From Octopus sinensis (Eukaryota): a stretch of 64,000 nt of DNA. The stretch lies in assembly GCF_006345805.1 (NCBI RefSeq), contig NC_043003.1:76074001-76138000 (forward strand), given 5' to 3'. Below, in pieces: positions 1 through 14,204 of this stretch. Position 1 is the stretch's first letter. Every line of letters starts with the position of its first letter. Below the pieces are notes generated by a model. It had not been told where the DNA came from, did no database searches, and saw only the letters and a list, made by a program, of their open reading frames with translations. The translations under genes and the position numbers were made by a program.

Positions 1-511
1 GACGTGCAAAAGAAAGAAAAGCAGTAAGATAAAAAATGAAAGAAAGACTGAAATGCTGAAACGCTTTGACTTTAAAAAAAATAGACAAATAAGCAAGAAG
101 ATACAAATATAGTGAGATGGATAGAAAGATAAAGAGACAGAAAGGCATAAAGGAAGATAGAAGGGAAGTTACAAACATTCAGACAGATACACGAAAATAG
201 ATAAAATAAAGAGGGAAAAGAGAGTAAAATAAAGCAACGAGGAGAATTATTGAACGCCCCAATTTAGTTTCATAATGAATCCTCAATTATGTTTCACTAA
301 TCCTGATTGATGAATTTAACACCTAGAAATAACTTTTTCAACGTTCAGGCATTGCCTATGCATGCATGCGTAAGCAGTGGCAATCACAATCAAACCCACG
401 CAAACACATAGTAGAAACACAGATACGCAAAGAGAAAATTGAGAGTACTTGTGTGTGTCAAAACGCTCTCCATTTCACACAAATACACACAAGCACGTGC
501 GACTATATACT

Positions 512-565
<54 letters not shown>

Positions 566-1989
566 TGCACACGCACACACTCACACATGCACGCACACAA
601 ACACACATATGTATGTATGTATATTCATATGCCTGTATGTATATATAAACACAGACACATGTACACACACGCTCATACATAACTAAATACACCAGAAGTA
701 ATTCATAAATACTCACAGGAGTTCACTAATGATAACCAATAAGTTAAGAGTTAATAAATCTATCCACCATTTTCAATCTCCTCTCTTCACATGCAATTCA
801 TTCGGAAGACGTAGTTTCTACACTTTCAGCCTATTTTCTCACCCAGTAAAATCAATCCACCACAACATGCTACGGGAAATTAAACCTAGGTGTATAATTT
901 CGATCATTCCTGTATCTATAACCTGGCCCTTGCCACTTCGGCTTACATGAGTTATTTGCTGAATAGACATCCGAAACACAATTATCAATGCCATTTTCAT
1001 CATTTTCTCTGATCATTGGACATTACCGTCTACATTCCCGGAAAACAGAATTAGCGTCAAAGATTCGATTCCTTGAGTAATACTTCTTAAACCTTTGCCT
1101 TTCCCGCCCTATTACTTTATACTTTTTTTTTTCTTTTTCACCTTCAAATTGCATCTGCAATCAGATTACATTTAGTCTCAACTGCATTTATCAAACATTA
1201 AGCGGCAGATATAATATACACTCATGCTGGTAACACAGGTTCTATTACTAATTCAAATAAGTCCACATTAATTCGTGCGTTACAGACACACTGTTCCGGT
1301 TTTCAAATCTGTCCATTGCAGGCAGCCATATACCGAATCTGTTTATCGTATAGCCACCGCTTGCTAACATTTTCAGAACCCCCACCCGAAAGTACTATTG
1401 CTCTGAGATAATTCTTTTACATGTAATGCATGGATATATTTCAAAAATTAGAACTACCACTTTTTACTGTACCGTTAAGCCGATGTTGAAATATATTTTA
1501 ACATTCTCGAGTCTTGATTTTCCATTCTCTTGCTTGTTCTTTACAATTTATTCTCTGAGCATGTACAGAATGGTGACAAATGTAACACGAAATACATCAT
1601 TTAGTGCTTAAATTACATATTAGCTCAATATCGCTTACAGTAAACACTGGTCTCTCAAGGCGGTTACGCAAGAGACATCTTTGAACATAGATTTCCATGT
1701 TTGAGACTGGCTTGCAGAACCCCCCTCCCCCCCAAAAAAAAATACCAATCACAAGATGTCAGCAAAGTTGCCGGCTGTCATTACATACAATAACAGAGTT
1801 ATTTTCATCCGCTATATCTGAACGTATGAATATTAAGGCAGATAAGCCAGGTTAGATCCCTGTTCTCTGGAATGCTTTGTAGTAGATACAACTAGTTAGT
1901 GTTGTATTAAAAGTACCTTAAATTGTACATGAGAGTTCAGAGGGAAAAATTTACGGAGAATTAATAATTTTAAAAGGTAAACTGTAATA

Positions 1990-2392
1990 TTGATTTCAAA
2001 TTTTCGCACAAGACCAGTAAATTCGAGTACCAGGGGTTAATTCTATTACATTGACCTCTGAGCGCAGGTATACTTATCTTATCGGCCCCGAAAGGATGAA
2101 AAGAAAAGTCGACCTCAGCGGAATTTGAACTCAGAACTTAAGGACAGACGAAATACCACTAAACATTTTGTCTGGCATGCTAATGATTCTGCCAGCCATC
2201 CGCCTAACTCCCTGCCGTCATACGAGTAGGGGTTTCAGATTTTGGCACATGACCAGCCACTTCATAGGAAAAGCATAGTCGATTACATCAACCCCAGTGA
2301 TCAATTGGTACTTATTTTACTGACCCCGAAATTATGACTGGCAAAGTCGACTTCGGTGAGATTTGAACTTAGAACCTAGAACGGGCCGAAAC
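1990..2392 (-). mobile_element. tRNA-derived SINE family 2, tandem dimer
   Basis: Reverse complement matches the better-preserved copies at 61800-62400 (tggcagaa.cgttagc A-box-like head, gagttcaaattcc B-box, tcatcctttcggggtcgataa core). Two units in tandem. Confidence 0.75.
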
Positions 2393-2429
2393 GTGAACTG
2401 TAATATTGAATTGTTGAAAATATTTTAAA

Positions 2430-2900
2430 ATCTAACCCCAAGGTTTTTTCTGAATTTTTGTTGGTAGTATGGAAATTTTGAAGTGAAGAACTTGGTATGA
2501 GCAACGGTGACAACGTGATTAAGGCTGTCATGAATGAAGTTAACATCTCCCAAATACAGTTTCCATATTGCGAAGTGAGACTGAACATTAGATTTCCTAC
2601 GAAATGAGATATAAATTCTATATGGTGCAATAATTATTGCGTCCAGTTCAGGCTCTACCATGCAAACTGTTGGCTGGTTCCTCGATTTGATTTTATCATC
2701 TGCCTCAGATTTTTCAGTGTGAATCATAATACGTTTGAGAATTTTAAATGTGTCTTAGATTCATGTTAGGTTGTGTTAGGAAACAATCACGCGCTTCCAT
2801 TAGAATCTACCTTTTACTTCTTAGATGGTGATATTTATAAAGCTGTAAAACTTTCTGATGATATCTCTGTTAACGTATTTTCGATTTTGCTTCGTGACAC
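2430..2900 (-). pseudogene. degenerate APE endonuclease remnant of a CR1/L2-type LINE
   Basis: Minus-strand frames give EISSESFT..SNGSA, IIIAPYR, YLGDVNF and LQNFHTTNKNSEKTLGLDF. These follow the order of the APE motifs (EI.I.G..GGGV, III.YRPP, GDFN, Q....PT...LDL), with frameshifts. Confidence 0.45.
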
Positions 2901-3719
2901 GTACTCTATGCTCATAACTATAAAAGTTTTGTAACACTTTATCACGTGACTAATCGATCACTTATACTTAAGTGTAATATGTCAATTTGCTTTTATGAAA
3001 TTTAAAGTGTTTATATACACAAACTGTACACTACAGTATATAGGAATATTTACACGTTCAGACAGATGCCGAAGAATATACATCAATAAAAGCTAGAGAA
3101 ATTTTAAAAGCTGTGGTGGAATTTGACTCGTCAAACAGTAGCAAGATTTGTTATAGTACATACTTCGAGTAACATATCAATGTATGAGCTTTTGTATGTG
3201 TGTATGTATAAAGTGTACACACACACACACACCACACACACACACAGATATATATTATGCATGTATGCGTGTGTGTATGGGAAAATATTTATACATATAT
3301 ATTTGTATATACATGTGTGTGTGTATGTATGTATGTAAGTATGTAGGTATGTATATTTCTTGAAGTTCTCTACGTATAGAATACATCTCCAGCAACTACT
3401 CAGCGCCAGATTGCAAAAGGCCGCGTATATATTAATTAACTTAAAACCATTCCAATAGCTGCAGCGGAAATCCTTCCTTTTTTTTATATATATTCCCGAT
3501 TTACCAGCAGTAAATAGAGTTCAGACGTGATTCGTGACATACATGTTAAAACTAGCAGAACAAACCTTTTAAGTTAATTTACTCCAAAAACACGAGCTCT
3601 AATTCAATCAGTTCAATACGTTCTTTACGTCGAAACTCTTGTCAATCAAAGGACGAGAGCGTGCAAGATCGAAAGTGCACCATAATTATACCTCCTCCGC
3701 CACAATCACAACCACCACC

Positions 3720-3790
3720 TACATTACTACTACTACTACTACTATTACTACTACTACTACCACCACCACCACCACTACTATTACTACTAA
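3720..3790. repeat. (ACT)n/(ACC)n compound microsatellite
   Basis: Direct reading. Confidence 0.95.
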
Positions 3791-3904
3791 TTTAGTACAC
3801 TTTAATATTAATGATAGCTGAAAATGATGTGTTCCTTCCTGAGATATAACTTCATAAAGACGGCTTCCCAGATTCTGTGACGTATACATACCCGGTGTAC
3901 AGGA

Positions 3905-4065
3905 GGACAAAGGATTGCCCATTTTTGTCAACTAAGCGGTGTGGAGCAACGTAAATCGAAGTGTTTTGCTCAAGATCACATCACATCGAAATTACAATCT
4001 TACAATTTTACAATCGAAATTGCAATCTTACGATCATGAGTGTAGCACCCTAAGCGGCACGTGTC
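3905..4065 (-). mobile_element. degenerate tRNA-derived SINE (third family)
   Basis: Reverse complement reads ...tagggtgctacactcatgatcgtaagat...tcttgagcaaaacacttc...gttgctccac, with an internal duplication of atcgaaatt(a/g)caatcttac. Confidence 0.5.
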
Positions 4066-4199
4066 ACTTAGAGGTCAATGAAGAGGAAGACCACACTCAA
4101 CAGTCATGGTCCTTTTATTTTTTTGCTGGTCAAAATACACAACGGACGTCTAAACGCAAATGGTCACCGATGAGAAGGTACACAAAAAAAGATTAGGTG

Positions 4200-4760
4200 T
4201 CATAAAGAAGCCTTGTCAGACTAGAGGAATGGTAAATGAAGATCCGTCGGGAAAAAAGAGCACTAGAATTTGGAACTAGCTAGGTACGTCCGAGATTACT
4301 GAAATAGCCTTATTAATCAGATGAGAATGATTCGGAATAGAGGCTTTCATAACGAAAGCGTTTGTAGTAGTGATGACCTCGAGGAGGATAATGTCGGTGT
4401 AGATCAGCAGATGAATAGGCAAGGTGTCGTAGAGGAAAGGGGCTTGCCTGGAGAAGTGCAATGGAAGCAGCATATTGTAGATGGCCTTGTATTACCAGAG
4501 GATATGACTTAGGAACAGAGGTACCTAATGATAAGTCTCGAAGAAATAATCAATACTCCGGTTTATCGACAGCAGTATTAGAACAATTGCGTTTATAGTC
4601 GTACAACAAAAAGTTCCTTGGTAAAAGAAAAGTACAAGATGCAATGGTCGCAGAGGTGATCTCAACGAGATATAGCAACATTGTGAGAGCAGCTTGGTAA
4701 GAAGAGTTGGTATAAGTAGTGTTCGATGAATGTCCGGCATTATGTGAATAGAACGCTTGG
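4200..4760 (-). pseudogene. degenerate CR1-type LINE ORF2 fragment (region between APE and RT)
   Basis: More GC-rich than its flanks. Frameshifted peptides such as LFFPDGSSFTIP..SDKASL resemble the LF.PDG...S...KAELF segment upstream of CR1 RT. Confidence 0.35.
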
Positions 4761-6199
4761 AAGGATAAAAATCTTAAAAGAAGGTTATTCGTTTAGTTGT
4801 TAAGGAAATAAAGGTGCCGAATTCCGGTGAAATGACGAAAATCTGGCGGTATAAGCTCTATAGTTCAAAGCAACAGCGGTTTATAAGAATTTCAGATGCG
4901 AGACAGAAGAGTATGCGCATCTGAGCATCTTGCTCCAAAGGAAGTAAACATTTTGATCACATTTGTGGTCTCAACTAGGGACACATATCAGGGTGTATGT
5001 GCAGCATCTAGGTGTCGAATTTTTGCTGATTCTTTTAAGCATTCCTAGAATTTTCTCCGAGATTTCCAAAGACTTTCGAAGTAAACTTTTACGAATCTTC
5101 AAAATTTCGAAAGGGAATTGGGAAAATGTTTTAGAAATAATCCTTAGTATTTTCCTAAGATACTTATATCTAAGATACGTAAATGTATTAAAAGTATTTT
5201 TTTAAATGTGTCAAGCATTAAGTTATTTACACATAACGTTACTCGAAATTATGGATAATTCTAAGATTTCAGTTTATCAGAAATTTCTTGTTCTTGCCTT
5301 TCATCTCTGAATCTTTTTCATCATCTCTTTTTCACATGCTTTCAATCTCTCCTCATCACCATATGGGTATATATGCACGCATGTATGTGTGTGCAATGCA
5401 GATCAACAAAATATGCCAAGAAAGATTACTCACTTCGCGGGAAAATGTGTAAATCTTACTTCAATGTAAAATATAAAAATTTTCGAGGTAAATGTTCTTC
5501 CCATCCAGCACTGAATGGAATGGGAGTTAGCATCCTAGATGTCTTATTAGTTTTTCTAACAGATTTAAACTCAAAAAGCTCAACATTGAATTTGAAACAA
5601 CGCTCCTGTGTATGGCTATTTATCTTCACTCATTAGTCTGTTTATGTATTTCTTTTACGAGTTATCTATTTGAATTGGTATTTAGAGGTAGGATGCATTT
5701 CTGTACATTTGACGAGTGCCAGCTGATATTTTTATATTTCAGGTTCTGTTTCATTTTCTAGGTTCATATACATTTCTGCATGAATTGTAACTTACTTTTT
5801 ATGTTATTGTAGAATTACACTGTTTTATATAGTCATATTATTAGCGGTTCTTTTGGAGAATATTCGATTTACTTATGTCGGCTGATTTCCTATTATTGAA
5901 CCCGGGAATTATCAATATTTGCTTTCATACAGACGCTTTTGAGTGGGTTTTCATAAATAAGCATACCATTCCTGTAACAAAGTATACGATATATACATAT
6001 GTGTGTGTGTGTATTTGTGTGGGTCTGTGTGTGTGTTTCTGATTTTTGTGTGTGTGTGTGTATGTATACATGTCAATATTTACACACACGCACACACACA
6101 AACACACACACATATACATACAGAGAGGAGGGTGAAGGAGAGAAAGACAGGCAGACAGAAACACGAAATTTAATATGTGTAGAGTGATCTGCATTGGTT

Positions 6200-6900
6200 T
6201 TTATGAGGTGGATACTTTCAGATCATGTAGTAGTTTATGTTGCTATATTGTCCTCTCATAGCTCTTCATATTTTGGTGGGTTATTCGGCCATTTTCAGTG
6301 TATAGGATTAGGATTGTTATTTAGTAATATATTTTTTATGTTACATAATTTTCAAGAATGTGCAGTCAAACTATTTTATGTATCTCCATTTCATACTAGT
6401 GCTCAATGCTTATGTTTAACGCCGTTCGTTGTTGCCTATTTATTTAGAATATTTGTAGAATATTTGTTTAGCATATCGTAAAATCCCTTTTATAAGCTTA
6501 CACATGGTAGAGTGTAAGGAACGAACGGTAACTTCTCATTTTACTGGCATGGGATTCAAATCTTCAATTACATTGGACATGATAACTGCTTTTGGAAGGC
6601 AAGAAATCGTTTTTCTGTGAAGTATCATCATACTTGACGTGATGTTAGTTGTGTTCTTCTGTATGTCAACTGGTTCAAGGCAATTCCAAAATGCTGTTGT
6701 AAAGTTGGATGAAAAGAGGTCAGATTGGATCGCAGGCTGTCAGTGTGTTATAATAGTTCCTGACCTGCTGGAGTGGGGTCAGGTGATTTGTAGCATTCAT
6801 TGACCAGTTCAATTTCGATTTTTCATGTGTCTACGGACTAGATAGAGTGGCTTTGCAATTTCTTTGATTCTGTGTTTAATTTGCCTTTGGTTATTTTAAA
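6200..6900 (-). pseudogene. highly degenerate LINE remnant (APE C-terminus and linker)
   Basis: Minus-strand peptides SFHPT, WNCLEPVD (cf. N.LDL) and FLPSKSSYHV (cf. PLG.SDH), with many stops. Confidence 0.3.
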
Positions 6901-7424
6901 AGGTTGCCAATTTTATGATAATTTTTAGGGCGTAGATATTTATATCTATATCTCTCTACCGATAGATGTCTGCATGTGTGTGTTTGCGTGTGTGTGAAAT
7001 GCGCGGGCGCATATGTATATGGGAATATGTACATATATATCTACAAATGTATATTTTTAATATATACATATAATTATATGCTTATATACAATTGTATATG
7101 CATATGCAAATATATATATATGTGCGTGTGAGTGCAAGCTTGTTTGTGTGTGTGTGTTTGCATCGAATGTTTGCTCACACGCACATAAATTTGTCACAAA
7201 AAACAGACACTACTATTTTAAATAGAGTAGAATAATTAATTTTAGTTATATACAGCTTTGTTATAATCTCATAGTAACCAAATTACCAATTGTTAATTGT
7301 TCTGGTGAGATTTCAATAACGAGTTATACATAAAGATATATTGATATACATACAGATACCAATATATACATACATACACATATAAAAACTTATATATATA
7401 GTTGAAATTTGTGTAGTAGTCTGA

Positions 7425-7510
7425 CACTCGGGAAGGTGAGAATGTCTTTTACGTTTCGAGCCTACGCTCTTAAACAGAAAGGAACACGAGGAAATAAACA
7501 GAGAGAGAAT
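7425..7510 (-). mobile_element. Penelope-type terminal-repeat fragment with degenerate hammerhead-like motif
   Basis: Minus strand reads tctgtttaa-GAGC-gtag-GCTC-GAAAC-gtaaaagacattctcac. Same family as 44610-44710. Confidence 0.45.
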
Positions 7511-7562
7511 TAATTTTTTTTTGAAATTAGCGGTCAATCATACACACACACACACACACAGG

Positions 7563-7646
<84 letters not shown>
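7563..7646. repeat. (GATA)n microsatellite
   Basis: Direct reading. Confidence 0.98.
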
Positions 7647-7647
<1 letters not shown>

Positions 7648-8179
7648 GTAGAACAGGCGCCCAAGATATCACTAGTGTTGGTTGTATCTTACTCTGCTCT
7701 TTATATTATCACTTTTAATAAAAAAAGAGAAAACTTTAGCACTATATTTATACATAATAGGACATAAGACAAGAGCATGTCAGACACAAGCACAGGTGTA
7801 TACATGTATGCGCAGACACATGCACGCTCAGGTGAATGCGTGTCTTCATGTGTGTGTGCGTGTTACATTTTTTCTTTAGCTTATTTGTATGATTGTTCAT
7901 GTGTGATTGTGCTTTTGAACATGCAAACAGTTTTGTTATATTTCGGTGGGGACGAGAAACCAAATTCATGCTCATTACTTTGTCGGGCCTACTAAAGGAA
8001 AATCAATATTTAGAACATTTAATTTCGTCGACTAAGGTCCAGCGTTTTCATATTAACAGTTATTTTGCATGAGTTACTACAGAGCCACTCCATAACGTAT
8101 AGTTCATATTTCAAACTTGACATGCTGACAGAAATCAAGTTAGGTATTTGTTAATATAACGGCCTTACTACATTCGTTA

Positions 8180-8188
8180 CTACTTCAT

Positions 8189-8236
<48 letters not shown>

Positions 8237-8268
8237 TTACTACTACCACCACCACCACCACCACAACC

Positions 8269-8303
<35 letters not shown>
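8180..8303. repeat. (ACT)n/(ACC)n compound microsatellite
   Basis: Direct reading. Confidence 0.97.
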
Positions 8304-8304
<1 letters not shown>

Positions 8305-8506
8305 GTAATATCTGCTGCTGATAGACGTTCTATCTCCAACAGATAATTTTTGCCAAACGTTTTCACAATTGTCTCTGTTCTGATATTATAGAATAGTAGC
8401 TTCTCTTCTAGGGAGTAAAGGATTTCTGCTTTGCAATAGAATGCAATGCCAAAGTATGTGCCCCACTGTGAAAGAAGAAACAGGTGGTATGTGATTTACA
8501 AGTAAA

Positions 8507-8562
8507 GTGGTGCTCCAGCATGGCCGCAGTCAAATGACTGAAACAAGTAAAAGAGTAAAAGA

Positions 8563-8563
<1 letters not shown>
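8507..8563 (+). mobile_element. 3' fragment of tRNA-derived SINE family 1
   Basis: ggtgctccagcatggccgcagtcaaatgactgaaacaagtaaaagag, the same 3' end as the full copies at 32285 and 51400. Confidence 0.8.
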
Positions 8564-8641
<78 letters not shown>

Positions 8642-8782
8642 TGTATGTATGTATGTATGTATGTATAAGCGCATGACTGCTGTCTCGCGTTTGTAAGTAT
8701 TGAAATTCTTCCACTGTAGAAGGAGTCGGTTTCTAACAAAGACACAAAGGTCCATCGCTGGAATGTAGATGACGAAACAATG

Positions 8783-9830
8783 TCACATTTTAAACTTGAG
8801 AAAAGTCTTGAATATTTTTACTATTCCTCTTACAGATTGTATTTTTAATGTATGAGTTAGTCGGTGGATTTCTTTTTCCGAAAATCCAAGTTTAACCAAA
8901 TATTCAGTTACAAATTTATTCACAAAATCAAGTGCTGTAATTAGTATTGGTTTAAATATGAAATTATAATCTGGACACAAAATCTGGTGTTTGAAGCAGT
9001 TGTTCATAATTATTGAGCAGAACAGCTGACCTCTATGACGGTACATAATTTTTCTTGCCTGTCCGAAACTTCAATATTAGGCCCGTTATATTTGGCAGAT
9101 GTTTCGATGGGTATATTCAACCAGAATATTCCTTGTCTTGATGTTTTTGTCCATATTCAATAACGGGGGATTCTCTATATTCTTTCCAGAACAATTACTT
9201 TTTGGATGCCATTGTATATTATATTTGCCACAACGTCGTACTGCATAGGGAAGTAGTACCTTTATGGTATTTTTGGACAGCTGCTAATCCCGTGTGATGT
9301 CTTCTACAGAAATACGAAATAATCTACATTTTCGGCTGCAACTAGGAACTATATTTTTGTTTATTCACTTCATTTTTTTACTATTAGATATGTAGTAGAT
9401 ATCACCTGTGCCTAGCCTTCAAAGTGTGATATAGCGGTTACATGAATCCAAAAGAGGCTTTACTTCATCTAAAAGTGTCTTCTTCAATTGTTCATGTCTT
9501 TCGCAATCATACCCAAGCATGGTCTTTATTTGATTTTGTCACTGTGCTTGCTTCTTTTTGTTTTTTGTTGTGGTTTTTTTTATATATGCTGAGCTTTTCA
9601 CATTCATGTCTTCGTCAAGCTATGTCCGGCTGTTTTGGGAGTTGCATAGAAGGTCATCAGAAAGATATCGCTTCACTTCGCTGCTGACATTTAAGATACT
9701 TTCCTCTTCACTTTCAGAACTATATTGATGTATTTATTCTTGCTGCTATTGCTAAAGAAGTGCTGAGTAAGAAAGACTATTTGGCACTGATCTTAAGCCT
9801 CTATTTCCTTTATCTCTTCTGTCTATATCA
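8783..9830 (-). pseudogene. degenerate 5'-truncated RLE-type (R2/R4 superfamily) non-LTR retrotransposon, a family distinct from the Dong copies
   Basis: Minus strand in order: RDKGNRGLRS (cf. R.EGGRGL), CRLFRISVEDIT..ISSCP (CCHC remnant), YYFPMQYDVV (cf. YY..RHD.V), WLNIPIET..NGPNI (cf. WN..I.T...N.PD), CTVIEVSC, and the terminus KPILITALDF...LKIQSVRGIVKIFKTFLKF. Stops and frameshifts are present. Confidence 0.7.
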
Positions 9831-9904
9831 CTATTCTTGTATGTATGAATGCATGTATGTATTTATATACATCTTTGTATAAGTATGCATACGTATGTGT
9901 ATGG

Positions 9905-9968
<64 letters not shown>

Positions 9969-10149
9969 GCTATTTATCGCTCAATATAGATATTTAGTTG
10001 TGTTGTTGCGTATGAACATTTCTTTTTGTAGCATACCAGGTAAAAACCTATTATAATATAGATCTCTAAGTTAGAAGCAATGCAATATCAACAATATATT
10101 CGTTTAAATATTAGAGATCCCAATGAATAAGAAATAATGATAAATTTGC

Positions 10150-10420
10150 TGCAGATAAAAAAACGGAGAGCTAACTAGACCAACCACATTGGAATCTCAT
10201 ATGTAAACACCGACAGCATTATATAATTGATGAGGATTTCGATAGTTTACATTGAAGAGTATATTAGTATATTCAGAGAGTCGTCTCCCTGCTGTGTTAC
10301 CAACATAGGAGAATTGATCGACTATTTTCGTTTGCAATTCCTGTGGGCAGTCAACCATTGTTAAGTATCTTAGTTTGTGAAATGTCCAGTAATTGACTGA
10401 ACGATCCCATACACACATGA
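10150..10420 (-). pseudogene. RTE-type LINE RT C-terminal remnant
   Basis: QELQTKIVDQFSYVGNT resembles the RTE motif L..VD.F.YLGS(T). Confidence 0.4.
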
Positions 10421-10520
10421 ACAGATATGCCCTGGAGTATAATAACAATATAAAAAAATCTGTGAACACATATTTACAGTTATACATCACAAGCAGTCTT
10501 AAATACAAATGTATATACAG

Positions 10521-10554
<34 letters not shown>

Positions 10555-10599
10555 TATGTATGTATGTATATGTATGTATAATCATTATATATGGATGTA

Positions 10600-10647
<48 letters not shown>

Positions 10648-12092
10648 CGTATGTGCATATTATACACACATACATATATAATGAGAGAGAGAGAGAGAAA
10701 GAGAGAAAGAGAGAAGGATTGAGCGGTGTGTAGACGTATATCCTAATTCATAGATTAACATTTAACACTATTCTCTTCCTGCTTACATCAGCACTATGAA
10801 GTAGGATGTAACCTTGCGTAGTTTATTAACGTACATATGTAGAAGTTCAATAAATACATTTAGAAATATTCGCATTGCTTATAAAGGAACATGTTCCGAT
10901 AAATGTATTCAAAGTATTATTTTAGTACATCGTATAATGATATGCAGTATATAATATTTCATTGAAGCCTAAGCATGCACAATTCGGTTTAAATCATTAT
11001 GAAGCAAATGGGCGTTTAAATCAACTACAGACTTTACGCCTGATTCCTTTATTCACGAACTCTAACTACAGTCATTGTAGAACATCTAGACCGTTTACAG
11101 ACGTGAGTTCGAATCCGAGAGCAACATTCGACTTGTATATCCTGAAGGTCTTTTAACCCAATTCTTGCCACATAATTTTCCGTTTCGAGTTTCACTGTTC
11201 AAAAAAAAAAAAAAGGGTGGGGGGATGAATTTCATGTTCTCTCAAATTTTCTGAATCCTTATGATCTAAACGATGTACAGTTCTGAATTATACGAACACA
11301 TTTCTAAACTGAAGAGAGAATTTCGAAGGATTTCTTTTAGTCCTGAAGTATATGTCATGTTTACTGAAGGTGGGTGTTCGAGTGCCACGGGACACTTTGG
11401 ATCATGTCTAACGAAGGCTTATCTATTTATTTATTTATTTGCTGAAAGAATTAAGATTAAATATGATATGCAACTCATCGTCTAGAATCTCACTGTGCAA
11501 CGTGCAAAGTACGATTTATTTTCGGCTGGCAAATACGAGAACGTTTCTGGGAACTATTTGCACGCTGAAAATATAGACAAGGCTACCGGCTCTTATTAGA
11601 CTCAACCGTCGGTCCAGATACTCCCAACTGATAAAACATAACAAGCTGAAGAATCGGTACCCCAAAATCTCTTATACAAATTAATCGTGTATTTAATGAA
11701 GACATAGCTGCCCTAAAGGAGAAATTCTCCTGGAAATAACACAAAAGTGATTAGTAGGTTTGCGTTCAATTTTTCCAGAAAGTATTAGAAACAAGCAATC
11801 GTTGCGATACTGTGAAAATGATGGTTATTAAAAATCATCTTCCACAAATTATTTGTTATATGTGAGGAAATGGCTGCTATTTCTAGCAGGTTAAGGTTTG
11901 AGGAAGATGTTATTTTCAGATTGCAGACGTACCGATTTTGTGGCAAAAGAATTATTACTCACAACTTAGTGAAAATTTACCGACATGATACGATACAATA
12001 GCATAATACCCATAGATAGAGGGAGAAATATATTTCCTCAGATTTATTGAACTGAAGGTATACTCCAGTATTTGCAATATTTCTAAGTATCT

Positions 12093-12124
<32 letters not shown>

Positions 12125-12528
12125 CAAACACATTCATACACATATTCACATTTATGCATACACACGTTCAAACACACACATATATTTCTGTATTTAACTA
12201 CATACATATTTATGCACACATGCATAAATATATACATATATGTATATATATATACACCAACACACAAGCACACAGACATATCTATATGCATACATCTGTG
12301 TGTATGTAAGTGAATATGTTTGTACGTATATATGTATGTTAATATATATGTAGGTAGGTAGGTTGGTAGTTATATATGTACGTACATATACGATTAGGAT
12401 TATTCCAAGTGCTGGTATATATCTTCTGTTCAATAAATCGTAGAAGACATATTTCTTCAGATAAATATGGATAAGATGCTCTCGTATCATAAGTGATATG
12501 ATACCAAAATTGCTCACGCTCACCACCT

Positions 12529-12582
<54 letters not shown>

Positions 12583-13160
12583 ATATTATATATATATATA
12601 TATACATATATATAGGTGGTGTGGATATGTAAGTTCGTGTGCGTAAATATATATATGGGTGGGTGTGTTTGTGTGTGCATGTGTTAGTATATGCTTGTAT
12701 ATGTAGATATAAGTATATACAAACATACGCATACATATTGATGAATATGTGTTCCTATACATACACGAACACACAAGCGTGCAATTACACACACATACAC
12801 ATACACACACGCATAGAAATACGCTTATGATGTTAGGAGTTAAAAGACTGTGAAATATTCCCTCTCATGACTAGTGCATTAAATATACTGATATATATCT
12901 AACACGTAGTTACAATCCAAATACAAGCTTGCAGCAGGTAATCCAATCTGATATGCAAGCTTTGCTATACAATCGGATATTCGATATCATGATGTAAAGG
13001 AAACAGAGATTGTGGTGATTGTTGGATTTTTATTGCATTCTGGATTCCACAAAAGATAGTTGATACACGCTCTCTGAAAATATAACTTGGAGCATTGTAG
13101 TGGGATGTATATATGATTTATATGTGCGCTATTATGTGGGATTGCATGCGTATTTGTTTG

Positions 13161-13198
<38 letters not shown>

Positions 13199-14204
13199 TG
13201 TATATTACATGTATCCACACACACACATGTATGTGATTGTGTGTGCGTACGTATGTATACACACGCACGCGTTCAAGCACTATAATATTGACAGAGAATG
13301 GTTAGTGATAGCTACAACCTGAAAGAGAAGTCAGCAATGAAAGTGAGTGTATGGGAGGAATAGGCAGAGAACGAAATAAAGGAATGAGGGTGAAACAGAG
13401 AGAACTGCAGAAAAAATCATGGTTTCTCGTTCTTGAGTTTTGCATGTTTTGGAAGATAAATCCAACAGTGTCCTGACTAAATGTGGTTCGATTTATCTTT
13501 CATAGCAAAGACTGTTGAAATAGGAAATGATATTTGTTTAAACAGATATTACTTGGAAATTGATCAAACTCGCTTGAGAATTGGTCAGTTGATGTACATG
13601 TCGAATGTATTCTGAAAAAGAGAATGATTAGTATAAGGATTGTTCGGAATTTGCGACTGAAAAATAGTGAAATCTATACAAATTTAGTTTCTTATTAAAT
13701 TTATAACATACTACTTTACATGCTAATGTATATGTTCATTCTTGATGAATTGAATATTACTGTAAAGATTAGAATAATATGTTAAATGAAAAACAAAATC
13801 ATTGTATTGTGTATATTTACACTATTTCGTAGTATCTTCGATACCACTAGTTGCTTGTATACTGTTGTCTGTGCTTTCGTTTGAATCAACATAATTTCTT
13901 ATAACAAGTAGTCGTGTTTAATATGCTCAAAATTTAGCCTAAGGAGAGGATTATGAATGCTGTTTACATACAAGATGGAGTCATTTGGTTTAATATACTT
14001 TGGAATTTCCATCATCAACATTGAATGTTATTTATAATAAATTTATCATCCAGTTGTTGTTAACAATTGTTATATACAAATTCTCTCTCTTCCTCTTCCG
14101 CTCATTCTAATTCTTTCTCTCCTCTCTCACATAAGCATACTTATACACACACATGCACACACACACACATACACACACAGACTAAACACACGCGTGCGCG
14201 CACA

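Noticed and set aside
2425-2727. 100-aa ORF as a host-gene exon
   Set aside because: Better explained as a LINE APE remnant (III.YR and GD.N motifs, with further motifs in adjacent frames).
11085-11125. tRNA gene (GTTCGAATCC B-box), and the tRNA-like heads of the SINE copies
   Set aside because: No complete cloverleaf or acceptor stem. These are degenerate SINE heads.
13553-13611. Minus-strand 59-nt exon-like segment (ttttcag...gtaata)
   Set aside because: Splice signals are plausible but the peptide is unrecognisable and no compatible partner exon was found.
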